Assembly (NCBI GenBank): GCA_044229975.1
Contig: JBGARZ010000006.1
Location: 288,001-352,000, forward strand
Reading direction: 5' to 3'
Length of the DNA: 64,000 nt
Source of the DNA: Polyangiales bacterium
GTDB lineage: Bacteria > Myxococcota_A > Polyangia > Polyangiales > Ga0077539
This document shows positions 53,912-63,031 of this stretch, piece after piece. A model generated the notes under the pieces. The model was not told the origin of the DNA. It did no database searches and saw only the letters and a program-made list of their open reading frames with translations. Each line of letters opens with the position of its first letter. Positions within the stretch are counted from its first letter, which is position 1. The position numbers and the translations under genes were made by a program.

Positions 53912-54468
53912 CGATGGCCGCGCGGTACTTCCTCATCCAGGCGCGCACCAACCGGCTGATGAACCACCGGCTGCACGCCGCGGTGTCGTCACTTTCGCAG
54001 GCGGACTTCGTGGCGCCGCGGGTGGGCTTCTTCCCCAGCCTGCACGCGACGCTCAACCACCTCCTCACGGTCGACTGGTACTACGTCGACGCGCTGGAGC
54101 AGGGCGGCCGCGGGCTCCGCGTCTTCGACGACGAGACGCCCTGCGCGACGGCCGCCGACCTCGCGCGCGAGCAGGCCGCGGTCGACCGGCGGCTCGTCGA
54201 CTTCTGCGGGCGCCTCACCGACGAAGACCTCGCGCGCGACGTGGGCTGCGACCGCGGTGCGAAGGGCCTCGTCATGGACCGCATCGACCGAACGCTGCTG
54301 CACCTGTTCATGCACCAGACGCATCACCGCGGTCAGGCTCACGCGATGCTATCGGGCACGCCGGTGAAGCCGCCGCAGCTGGACGAGTTCTTGATGCGCG
54401 GGGACGCGGTGTGGCGCGCAGACGACCTCGCGGCCTGCGGGTTCACCGAGGCCGACCTCGCTCCCTGA
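53908..54468 (+). CDS. DinB family protein
   Basis: ATGA overlap with nth; N.RL, FFPSL.ATLNH...D, HLF.HQTHHRGQ.H.ML..PP.LD. Confidence 0.9.
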   Translation: MTMAARYFLIQARTNRLMNHRLHAAVSSLSQADFVAPRVGFFPSLHATLNHLLTVDWYYVDALEQGGRGLRVFDDETPCATAADLAREQAAVDRRLVDFCGRLTDEDLARDVGCDRGAKGLVMDRIDRTLLHLFMHQTHHRGQAHAMLSGTPVKPPQLDEFLMRGDAVWRADDLAACGFTEADLAP

Positions 54469-54565
54469 TTCGCGCGAACCCACGCAACCTCCGTCCACTC
54501 GCCTCCCGACAACGCGCCTGCCTCCGGGGAGACCCCTCCATTCCCTCCCCTGGCGGCGGAGCCCC

Positions 54566-55828
54566 ATGCACCTCTCTCATTGCCTCATCGCGGTCTCCCT
54601 CACGCTCGTCGCCTGCGCGCCCGGACCCGCGCCCTTCGTCGTCGACCCCGTCAGTTACACCGTCCTCCTGTCGCCAACGCCTCCCGCGCGTCCCTCCCTC
54701 GTGCCCGCCCCTCTCGTGCCCGCCCCTCTCGTCTTCCCCACCACTCCGATCGTCCGCTCTCCCGCCCGTGACGACCTTTCCGGCGACGGCCACCCCGACC
54801 CCGCCGTCGGCGCACCCGCGCATCGTCGCGTCACCATCTACATCTCAGGCGCCGCGCCCATCGTCCTCGACAGCGCGCTCGACGGCTTCGGCGCGACCCT
54901 CGCCTACGTCGGTGACCTCGACGGCGACGGCTTCCACGACCTCGCCGTCGGCGCTCCCGGCTCCGATGCCGTCGTCCTCTTCGCGGGTAGTCCCGCCGGC
55001 ATCACCACGCTGCCCAGCGCCATCCTCTACGGACCAATGGGCAGCGGCTTCGGCGCGACCCTCATCGCTGCGGGTGATCTCGACGGCGACGGTCTCTCCG
55101 ACCTCGTCATCGGCAGCCCCGCCAACAGCACCATCTCCCTCGTGCGCGGCCGACCCGCCGCGATGCCCACGCGCGTCGACGCCACCTTCGCAGGACCCGC
55201 CGACGAGGGCTTCGCGACCGCGCTCATCGCCTGCGGTGGCGGCCGCATCGCGGTCGGTGTCCCGGGCGAAGGGGCGGTGCTCGTGATGACCGCGCGCGAG
55301 GCCGTCTTCCGCGAGCGCGCCCGACTGATCGTCTCCGAGACGCCCATCACCGACCTGGCCATGGTCTCGCTCGACGCCAACGGCGACGGCCTCCTCGACC
55401 TCGCCTTCGCGGGCGGCGGCCTCGCTGGAATCGTCTGGGTGCGCGGAACCTCCGATGGCTTCGGCGCTCCCATCGCTGGCCCCGGCGGATCTGGCGCCGG
55501 AACCATCCTCGCCAACGCCACCGACCTCGATCACGACGGCGACGACGAGCTGCTGCTCGCTTCGGGCGCGGGCCTCTGGGTCATCCCTGGTGACGCGACG
55601 GGCACCGCGTCGCCCATTCCCTGGGACGTCGCTCGCAGCGGAACCACCCGCGCCATCAGCGTCTATCGCGACCCGTCGCAGGGCGGCCGGGCGATGGTGT
55701 TGCGTGGCGTTCCGAGTGAGGACGTCGCGCAGGTGCTGGGCGTCGATCGTGACCTGCGGTCGCTGACGCTGTTGGAGACTCTTGTCGGCGACGCGGGGTC
55801 GATGTTTGGTCTGGCCGTCGCGCGGTAG
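54566..55828 (+). CDS. FG-GAP repeat lipoprotein
   Basis: Lipobox LVAC; repeated FG.TL..GDLDGDG..DL.VG.PG. Confidence 0.8.
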   Translation: MHLSHCLIAVSLTLVACAPGPAPFVVDPVSYTVLLSPTPPARPSLVPAPLVPAPLVFPTTPIVRSPARDDLSGDGHPDPAVGAPAHRRVTIYISGAAPIVLDSALDGFGATLAYVGDLDGDGFHDLAVGAPGSDAVVLFAGSPAGITTLPSAILYGPMGSGFGATLIAAGDLDGDGLSDLVIGSPANSTISLVRGRPAAMPTRVDATFAGPADEGFATALIACGGGRIAVGVPGEGAVLVMTAREAVFRERARLIVSETPITDLAMVSLDANGDGLLDLAFAGGGLAGIVWVRGTSDGFGAPIAGPGGSGAGTILANATDLDHDGDDELLLASGAGLWVIPGDATGTASPIPWDVARSGTTRAISVYRDPSQGGRAMVLRGVPSEDVAQVLGVDRDLRSLTLLETLVGDAGSMFGLAVAR

Positions 55829-55889
55829 GTAGCGCACCGAGCGCGCGGTGGTGTAGGCCATCGGCGATGAACCGTGGAGTCACGAACTG

Positions 55890-56420
55890 ATGTCTGAAGG
55901 CATCGACCTGCCGCCCGTCGCGCGCGGCGTGCTGCTCCCCGAGGCGGCGCGGCTGGAGCGCTTCGACGCGGCGCTGCCGCAGGTGCGAGCGGCGCTGGAG
56001 GGCGAGACCGACGCCGTCGCGCTGCAAGCGACGCTGGCGTGCCTGTTGTGGCAGGTGTTTCCGCAGGCGAGCTGGTGCGGGTTCTACCGTCGCGTGGGCG
56101 AGTCGACGTTGGCGGTAGGCCCGTACCAGGGGCCGATGGGATGCCTGCGCATCGACTTCGCGCGCGGCGTGTGCGGGGCGGCGGCGCGCACGGGTGAGAC
56201 GCAGCTCGTGCCGGACGTCGAGGCGTTTCCGGGGCACATCGCCTGCGACGGAGCGAGCCGGTCGGAGCTGGTGGTTGCGGTGCGCGATGGCGACGGCCGG
56301 GTGCGCGCGGTGCTCGACCTGGACTCGCACTCGCTCGCGGGGTTTGGAGCGGACGAGGCGTCGCGGTTGGAGGCGTTGCTGGCGGAGGTGTTCACGCACC
56401 GCGTTGGCGTGGTCTGGTAG
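55890..56420 (+). CDS. GAF-domain protein, free methionine-R-sulfoxide reductase (MsrC)-like
   Basis: W.GFY, VGPYQG..GC..I....GVCG, VPDV..FPGHIACD..S.SE.V, VLDLDS. Confidence 0.85.
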   Translation: MSEGIDLPPVARGVLLPEAARLERFDAALPQVRAALEGETDAVALQATLACLLWQVFPQASWCGFYRRVGESTLAVGPYQGPMGCLRIDFARGVCGAAARTGETQLVPDVEAFPGHIACDGASRSELVVAVRDGDGRVRAVLDLDSHSLAGFGADEASRLEALLAEVFTHRVGVVW

Positions 56421-56438
56421 ACGGATGCGGGCGACGAC

Positions 56439-57068
56439 ATGACGGGCTGGGTGATCTTCCTCGGGGCCGCGCCGGTGGTCGGATGGATCGCGAGCCGTCA
56501 CGGTCGCAGCGCCGTCGCGTGGGGGCTGATCGCGCTGGTCGTCTCCGGGGTGGTGTCCGCGCTGGGAGTGCAGTTGTCGGCGTCGTTGCTGGAGCGCTCG
56601 GAGTCGGAAGCTCTCGCGGCGATCGTGCTCGCGCCGCTGCTCGGGCTCATCGCCGTGATCGCGATCGGTGTGCTCGCGGCGCGCGATGTGGAGGCGGTCG
56701 TCGACAGCGCGCCCGCGGTCGAGGCCGAGCCGGACGAGGGCATCGCGATGGTTCACCTGCGCGACGAACCCAACGCCCGTGAGGCGGGAGCGCCGTACCG
56801 CGCGGAGAGCCGCTGCCGCCTCGTTCTTGGCGCGAAGATGCTCACGCTGGAGGGGAAGCCGCCCGCTCGCACCTCGCTCGCCTACCACCTCGTCGCGGCG
56901 ACGGCCGTCGATGGGGACGTCCTGCGGCTCGCGTGGACCAACCGCGATGGTGAGGACGTAGTGGTGCTGCTACGGCCCGCCGACGCCGACGTCGATCAGC
57001 GGGCCAACGTGGTGAGCACGGTGGTCCAGCGAGTCGCGGCGCAGAACGAAGACCAGCCGCGGGCTTGA
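56439..57068 (+). CDS. Hypothetical membrane protein
   Basis: Three N-terminal hydrophobic helices with a GRS...W motif and a soluble C-terminal domain. Confidence 0.65.
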   Translation: MTGWVIFLGAAPVVGWIASRHGRSAVAWGLIALVVSGVVSALGVQLSASLLERSESEALAAIVLAPLLGLIAVIAIGVLAARDVEAVVDSAPAVEAEPDEGIAMVHLRDEPNAREAGAPYRAESRCRLVLGAKMLTLEGKPPARTSLAYHLVAATAVDGDVLRLAWTNRDGEDVVVLLRPADADVDQRANVVSTVVQRVAAQNEDQPRA

Positions 57069-57090
57069 GCACGACGACCCCGTCGTCGGC

Positions 57091-58647
57091 CTACAGCAGA
57101 ATCTTCGTGACGGCGTTTCCCCGCGCCGTCGTGACCGCTTCGACCTTCAAGCGCTCGGGTAGTTCGGGCTGCCCCGAGCGCTGGTCGAAGCGCACCAGCC
57201 ATCCCCGCTTCGTGCCGATGCTCGCGAGGTACTCGTCGAGCTGATCGACGCCCGCGTCCGCCGGGTCGGCGCGCTTGTCGGAGTCGCGCCAGGTCTTCAC
57301 CTCGACGCCGAGCCGGTCGCCCTTGTACTCGACGCACAGGTCCAACCGCTTCGACCCGATCGCGAACTCACGATCGACCCGACCTCCGCCGTTCACGATG
57401 CGGTGCAGGAAGGCCATCAACACCAGGTGCGCCGCGGCCTCGTTGTACGGCGAGCTGCCGAGCAGCGCCTCGCCGTTCTGCAACCAGAACGCGACGAACA
57501 CCTCGCGCAGCCGCGTCCAGTCGATCGCCCCGCTCTCGCTCAACCACGACGGCGCGAGCCGCGGGAGCGACGCGCGCACGTGGGTCGTGAGCGAGCGCAT
57601 CGCGATCTCGCGGTAGATGGGGTTGGCGATCTCGATGACGCCGTCGCTCGCCTGCACGACGAGCCCGAGGTCGAGCACGAAGCGCAGGTCGTCGGGTGAC
57701 GCCGAAGCGAGCCGATCGCCGAGGATCATCGGCTCGATGACCGCGCGCACCCGCGGGTCACGCAGCCGCTCGGCGAGCGAGTCGAGGTGCGTGTCTTGTC
57801 GCTCGATGAGGATGTCGCGCGCCCGGTCGACGTCCGCCGCGGTGACCGGCGTTGCGCGATCCGGAACGACGACCTGCACCAGTTGCCGTGCGAGTGCGTT
57901 GACGATCCAGGGCTGACCTCGCGTCACGTCGAAGGCGCGCGCCAGCGCTTCGGGCGCGAAGCGCTGACCGGTCTCGGCGGTGTGCTGGGCGTAGAGTTCG
58001 GCGACCTCGTTGGCCGTGAAGTCGCGCATCGTCAGCGACTCGACCTTGATGTTGAAGGGCGACGCGGTGTGCAACAGCTCGCTTCCCCCAGACGCGACCT
58101 TGTAGTCGCGCACATCACGCAGACCCACCAGCGCGAGCGACCATGGGAAGCCCGCGGGCCGCAGGCGGTGTCCGTCGCGGAGCTGTCGCAGCACCGCAAG
58201 AAGCGTCTGGTCGCGGAGCGCATCGATCTCGTCGAGGAAGATCACCAGCGGTCGCGGCGACGCCTTCGCCCACGCCTGCAACGCAGCGCTTATGCGCGAC
58301 CCGGGCGAGGCTTCGGGCCACGGTGGCGGTTGCAGCTCGGGCGGCAACGCGGCTTGGATGGAGCCTCGCCAGACATCAAGGATGGCGTCTTCCGCCGCCC
58401 CGATGTCGTCGCTGTGAGGCGCCCCGACCTCCATCGACACCAGCACGGCGGAGTAGCGACCCTCGTCGGTGAGCGAGCGAGCCATCGCCGTCAGCGCCGT
58501 GGTCTTCCCCACCTGCCGCGGCGCGTGCAGGATGAAGTAGGCCATCTGTTCGACCAGCCCTCGAACCTCGGGCACGCGCCGTTCGGGCGGCAGCATGTAG
58601 TGGACCGACGGAAGGCACACGCCGCCGGTGTTGAAGTGACGGGTCAT
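57091..58647 (-). CDS. AAA-like ATPase (AAA_35-type) with C-terminal PD-(D/E)xK nuclease-like domain
   Basis: FNT.G.C....HYM, HAPRQVGKTT, FLDEID, SPFNIK, GQPW.VNAL; C-terminus REFAIG..RLDL...VEVK.W...QLD.YL. Confidence 0.88.
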   Translation of the reverse strand: MTRHFNTGGVCLPSVHYMLPPERRVPEVRGLVEQMAYFILHAPRQVGKTTALTAMARSLTDEGRYSAVLVSMEVGAPHSDDIGAAEDAILDVWRGSIQAALPPELQPPPWPEASPGSRISAALQAWAKASPRPLVIFLDEIDALRDQTLLAVLRQLRDGHRLRPAGFPWSLALVGLRDVRDYKVASGGSELLHTASPFNIKVESLTMRDFTANEVAELYAQHTAETGQRFAPEALARAFDVTRGQPWIVNALARQLVQVVVPDRATPVTAADVDRARDILIERQDTHLDSLAERLRDPRVRAVIEPMILGDRLASASPDDLRFVLDLGLVVQASDGVIEIANPIYREIAMRSLTTHVRASLPRLAPSWLSESGAIDWTRLREVFVAFWLQNGEALLGSSPYNEAAAHLVLMAFLHRIVNGGGRVDREFAIGSKRLDLCVEYKGDRLGVEVKTWRDSDKRADPADAGVDQLDEYLASIGTKRGWLVRFDQRSGQPELPERLKVEAVTTARGNAVTKILL

Positions 58648-58669
58648 CGCCCCGGCACACTACCGCCCA

Positions 58670-59662
58670 TCACCCGATCTCGTCCCTCCGCACGAACACC
58701 GCGTCGTCCCAGCGCAACATCACCAACCCGTCGGTCCACCCATCCATGGACACCTCGGGGTCTCTCCCCAACGCCCACCCGATGAGCCAGTCCGGGTAGC
58801 GCGCGCCCGCCGCCGCCGCCAACGGAAACCCCCCGCCAAACCGCGGGTTGATCTCGATGAACTTCACCTTCCGCTCCGCCGTCAGGAACAACTGCACCGT
58901 CATGCAGCCCACCGCGCCGGGCAGCGCCTCCACTACGCGCCGACCCGCGTCGATGAGCAGCGGGTCCTTCACCGTCACGCCCTTGGACACCTCGCCCGCG
59001 CGCGTCTCCAGCCGCAGCCGCGGCACCACGCACCTTACCTTGCCGGTAAAGTCCGCCAGCACGTCGAGCGTGTACTCCTCGCCCTTCACGTACTCCTGCA
59101 CCATCGCGTTGGCCGTGTGCCGCGCGTGAAACGCCAGCGACTCCGCGTCGTCGATGCGCGTCGCCCCGATGGAGCAGCTCCCGTCCGTCGGCTTCAGGAA
59201 GTACGGGTAGCGCGCCCCCGCGTCCGCGAGGATCGCCTCCGCATCGAGCACCGCCGGCGTGTCGAAGCCGTTGGCCACGAAGAAGTCCCGCGTGCTCCGC
59301 TTGTCGAGCGACAGCTCCGTCGTCGCGGGCGACGACACCACCAGCGTGATGCCCTTCGCCGCGAAGGCCTCGCGGTGCGGCGCCAGCAGGTGCAGCTCCG
59401 TGTCGATGAGCGGCACCACCATGCGAACGCCCTCGCGCTCGCACAGCTCCAGCAACCGCGGCACGTACTCCGGCGACGTCACCCGCGGCACCAGCACGCC
59501 CGCGTCGGCCGCGTGGAAGGCCGCCGCGTTTCGTCGCAGGTCGGCCACCAGCACGCGACCCGCGACCCCCAGCCGCTGCAACGCCGCCTGGAACTCCTTC
59601 ACCAGCGCCACGCGCCGCCCGCCGCTGGTGAGCAGCACCGTGTAGCCGTGGTCGGCCGTCAC
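58670..59662 (-). CDS. ATP-grasp protein (carbamoyl-phosphate-synthase-like, of the type found in polysaccharide loci)
   Basis: LLTSGGRRV.LV, PLIDTEL, DK, KP.DGS.S, QEY..GEEYT.D, VPR.RLE.RAGEVSKG, EINPRFGGG.P. Confidence 0.88.
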   Translation of the reverse strand: MTADHGYTVLLTSGGRRVALVKEFQAALQRLGVAGRVLVADLRRNAAAFHAADAGVLVPRVTSPEYVPRLLELCEREGVRMVVPLIDTELHLLAPHREAFAAKGITLVVSSPATTELSLDKRSTRDFFVANGFDTPAVLDAEAILADAGARYPYFLKPTDGSCSIGATRIDDAESLAFHARHTANAMVQEYVKGEEYTLDVLADFTGKVRCVVPRLRLETRAGEVSKGVTVKDPLLIDAGRRVVEALPGAVGCMTVQLFLTAERKVKFIEINPRFGGGFPLAAAAGARYPDWLIGWALGRDPEVSMDGWTDGLVMLRWDDAVFVRRDEIG

Positions 59663-61863
59663 GCGCTCGCCTCCGCCTCCACCGCCGCCGCGCTCGTCTC
59701 CTCCGCCGTCGTCGCCTCGGTCGCCATCTCGGTCAGCGTCACCGGCAGGCCCTCGCGCAAGCTACGAACGGCCATCAGCGTCGCGAGCGCCGTCCCGTAG
59801 GTCTCCTCCCACGAGATGGGCCACGCGCCGCCGTTGCGCACCGCCTCGACGAAGGCCTTGAAGCCCGCGCCGTGCCCCTTGTCCTTGTGGGCGTTTTCGT
59901 CGGTGCGGCGCTCACCCTTCCAGAGCGCGATGGTGTCCCACTCGTCGATCACCGCCGTGCGACCACCACCGAACACTTCTACCCGCTCGACCGGTCCCGC
60001 GCGGTCACCACCCGCCTGGTACGAGATGTTCGACACCCCACCATTCGCGTGACGAACCGTGATGAACACCTGGTCGTCCGTGGTCTCCAACCCCGGGTTC
60101 ATCGCCACCGATTCCGCGTAGACCTTCACGGGCCCGCTGCCCTGGAGCGCCACGCACGCGTCGATCGCATGGCACGCCTCGCCCACGATGCGACCGCCGC
60201 CCACGTCTTCATCCTGCGGCCACGCGTTGGCGGGGATGCTCCCCGGCGCGAAGCGGAAGCTCACCGTGCGCGCCCCCACATCACGGAAGAACCCGCGCAC
60301 CCGATCGAGCCCCGGCGCGAACCGCCGGTTGAAGCCGACCATCACCACCGGGCAGTCCTTGCCGAGCTCGTCGACCGTCGCCTTCACGCGCGCGAGCTCG
60401 TCCTCGGTGATGCACAGCGGCTTCTCCACGAAGACGTGCTTGCCCGCCTTCAGCGCGCGAATCACGAGGTCGGCGTGCAGGTCGTGCCGCGTCGCCACGA
60501 ACACCGCGCGCGTCCCCGGATCGCGGAAGATCTCCTCGACGTCGGTGGTGGCGAAGTCGAAGTCCATCTTGCGGCCCGAGTGCTCGGCGTTGAGGCCGCG
60601 CGCCGTCCCGAGGCCGCGCCAACGAACGGGACCCAGCTTCGCAAACGCCGGCATCATCACCAGCCGCGCGTAGTTGCCCGCGCCGATGAGCGACACACCC
60701 AGCTCCGATGATCCCTGACCGCGCGCCGACCGCAGCTCCACCCGCCGCGACGGAACACCCTGCAACGCTGGATAGGTCAGCACCGCGCCGAGCACCGGGG
60801 CGTTGCTGGTGATGAGGTCGTAGGCCTCGGCCGCGCGGTCGATGGCGAAGCGGTGCGTGGTGAGCTTCTCCACCGGCAGCTTGCCCTGCGCGATGAGGTC
60901 GAGGATCGACTCCATGTTGCGCTGCGCCGTCCACCGGACATGCCCGAAGGGGTAGTCGATGCCCTTCTCCTCGTACGACGGGTCCATGCGGCCCGGGCCG
61001 AGCGAGGAAGAGACGGTGAACTCCAACTCCTTCATGAAGAAGGGAGCGCGCGGGAGGTTGAGACCCACCACGCCGACCAGCACGATGCGGCCCTTCGCGC
61101 GCGTCACTTCGGCCGCGAACTCGATGGGCTCGTTGCTCTGCGTGGCCGCCGTGATGACCACCGCGTCGACGCCCTGCGCGCCCGCGAAGTCCCGCACGGC
61201 CTGCCGCGGCGACCCGATGCCCACCGCGTCGGCGCCGAAGGTCTTGGCGAGCTCCAGCTTGGCCGGGTCGATGTCCGTTCCGAAGACGCGGCACCCTTGG
61301 GCCTTCAAGAGCGCCACGCAGATCTGCCCGATGAGCCCGAGGCCGATGACCAGCACGCGCTCGCCGAGCGTGGCCCGCGCGAGACGAACGCCTTCGAGGC
61401 CGATGCTGGCGACGCTGGTGTACGCGGCCTGCTCGAAGGTGACGTTCTCCGGGATGCGCGCCACGAGGTTGCGCCCGACGCTCACCACGCCCGCGTGCGG
61501 ACCGGCTGTCGCGACGCGGTCGCCGGGCTTGTACTCCTGCACGCCGCGGCCGCACTCGACGATGACGCCCGCCGACGAGTAGCCGAGGGGCATGGGCTCG
61601 TCGAGCTTGGCCATCACCTGCTGCGCGGTGGTGACGAGGCCCTCCTGCTTGAGCTTCTGGAGCACGCGTCGAACGTGGTCGGGCCGCTCGCGGGCCTTGC
61701 CGATGAGGCTCTTGCGCGCGAGCTCGACGACGTAGCGCTCGGTGCCCGCGGAGACCAGCGACGCCGACGTGGCCACCACGACCTGCCCCGCAGACGCGAC
61801 CGGAGCCGGAATCTCCCGCACGCCCGTCTTGCCCGAACGCACCTCCTGAACCACCTGCTTCAT
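59659..61863 (-). CDS. Bi-domain oxidoreductase (zinc-binding ADH-like plus Gfo/Idh/MocA), of the type found in surface-polysaccharide loci
   Basis: SLVSAGTE, PLGYS..G, GLGLIG, GPGR.D..YEE.G.DYP...VRWT..RN; second domain IGAGNY, ATRHD.HA, FVEKP, VGFNRRF.P, GGRIVGE.CH.ID. Confidence 0.9.
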   Translation of the reverse strand: MKQVVQEVRSGKTGVREIPAPVASAGQVVVATSASLVSAGTERYVVELARKSLIGKARERPDHVRRVLQKLKQEGLVTTAQQVMAKLDEPMPLGYSSAGVIVECGRGVQEYKPGDRVATAGPHAGVVSVGRNLVARIPENVTFEQAAYTSVASIGLEGVRLARATLGERVLVIGLGLIGQICVALLKAQGCRVFGTDIDPAKLELAKTFGADAVGIGSPRQAVRDFAGAQGVDAVVITAATQSNEPIEFAAEVTRAKGRIVLVGVVGLNLPRAPFFMKELEFTVSSSLGPGRMDPSYEEKGIDYPFGHVRWTAQRNMESILDLIAQGKLPVEKLTTHRFAIDRAAEAYDLITSNAPVLGAVLTYPALQGVPSRRVELRSARGQGSSELGVSLIGAGNYARLVMMPAFAKLGPVRWRGLGTARGLNAEHSGRKMDFDFATTDVEEIFRDPGTRAVFVATRHDLHADLVIRALKAGKHVFVEKPLCITEDELARVKATVDELGKDCPVVMVGFNRRFAPGLDRVRGFFRDVGARTVSFRFAPGSIPANAWPQDEDVGGGRIVGEACHAIDACVALQGSGPVKVYAESVAMNPGLETTDDQVFITVRHANGGVSNISYQAGGDRAGPVERVEVFGGGRTAVIDEWDTIALWKGERRTDENAHKDKGHGAGFKAFVEAVRNGGAWPISWEETYGTALATLMAVRSLREGLPVTLTEMATEATTAEETSAAAVEAEASA

Positions 61864-62052
61864 CGACGTCTCCTCGTTGGAACCGACCGCGGGTTAGTCC
61901 ATCCGCGGGTGACCATCAAGCGTTGCCCATCCGTCGCCGGACGTTCGATCAGCGAGGAAGAATGGGTCGCACGTCGGGACGAACTCTCGCGCTGTCAGGC
62001 TATGTCAACAGTGGGTTGATGGGCGCTTGCCATCCGTGCCAGACCGGCGCCG

Positions 62053-63012
62053 ATGCAGAAGCCATACGACTTGATGGCGAAGGGGCTGCTCGAAGGAGCC
62101 CTCCAGGGGCCTTGCGAGGTGCGCGTCGAGGAGCAGGTGGTCGCCGACGCCCGCGCCATCGACACGGTGGTGGTGCCCGACCCGAGGCGGCGCGGTGAGC
62201 TCACATCGCGTGGTGTCCTGGGCGACATCGCGGCGGACTTCTGTGTGATCGAGGCGTTTCATGACGCCCCCGGCGTCAATGAGGTCGACGAATGCCAGTT
62301 GAAGACCCTGGCGCTGCACGCCCGACAGCGCGCCGCGTGGCAGGCGTTGCCCACGACCGAGCGAGGCCCGGTGCCTCCGCGACCGCGCCTGTGGATCCTG
62401 AGCGCGGGCGACCCGGAAACACTGCGTGAGGCGTGGGCGATGGTCCCAATGCCGTCGTGGCCATCGGGATGTTTCTGGACGGGTAGTGCACTGGCGCCGC
62501 ATGTCGTCGTGATCCGTTCGTTGCCACGAATTCGTGACACGCTGCTGCTCCGACTGCTCGGAGCGGGCGACACACTGCGCGCCGCGTACGACGACCTGCG
62601 CGCGTTGCCCGACGACGCGTGGGAGCGAGGGATGTTGACGCCGCTCCTCACGTTGCTGCGACTGGAGCTGCCGCGCATGGGAATCGGGGAGTACGATCCG
62701 AAGGAGGAAGCGATGCGATACCAGGAAGCCGTCGAGATCTATCAGCGCGAGAAGGCCGAGACCCGCGCAGAAGGGCTGCGCGAAGGGCTGCGCGAAGGGC
62801 TGCGCGAAGGGCTGCGCGAAGGGCTGCGCGAAGGCATGGCGCCGTTGCAGAGGCTCTATCAACGCAAGCTCGGTCGCGAACTCACTTCGGCCGAACAGGA
62901 GACGTTGTTCGCTCGACTCGCGACCGTGGGCGCTGTTCGTCTGGGCGATGTGGTGCTCGACCTCGATGGGCCCGCACTCGACCGCTGGCTCAACGATCCG
63001 AACGCGGCCTGA
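62053..63012 (+). CDS. Rpn/YhgA-related protein (degenerate PD-(D/E)xK N-terminus, EGLR repeats, DUF4351-like C-terminus)
   Basis: KPYD...K.LL, RAID, IEAF, PRLWILSAG.P, LP..RDTLLLRLLG, (EGLR)5, C-terminal L..WL..P. Confidence 0.7.
   Translation: MQKPYDLMAKGLLEGALQGPCEVRVEEQVVADARAIDTVVVPDPRRRGELTSRGVLGDIAADFCVIEAFHDAPGVNEVDECQLKTLALHARQRAAWQALPTTERGPVPPRPRLWILSAGDPETLREAWAMVPMPSWPSGCFWTGSALAPHVVVIRSLPRIRDTLLLRLLGAGDTLRAAYDDLRALPDDAWERGMLTPLLTLLRLELPRMGIGEYDPKEEAMRYQEAVEIYQREKAETRAEGLREGLREGLREGLREGLREGMAPLQRLYQRKLGRELTSAEQETLFARLATVGAVRLGDVVLDLDGPALDRWLNDPNAA
62701..62715 (+). promoter_or_regulatory. Internal Shine-Dalgarno and in-frame ATG within the Rpn-like gene
   Basis: AAGGAGG at 62701-62707 lies 5 nt before an in-frame ATG at 62713, which would give a 99-aa C-terminal product. 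Confidence 0.6.
62770..62835 (+). repeat. 12-bp perfect tandem repeat x5.5 (EGLR)
   Basis: GAAGGGCTGCGC five times, followed by GAAGGC. Confidence 0.95.
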
Positions 63013-63031
63013 GTCTCTGCGCTGATCTTGA

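Noticed and set aside
62053..63012. Calling the Rpn/YhgA-like gene a transposase
   Set aside because: No terminal inverted repeats or target duplication were seen, and 'transposase_31' is a historical label for this family.
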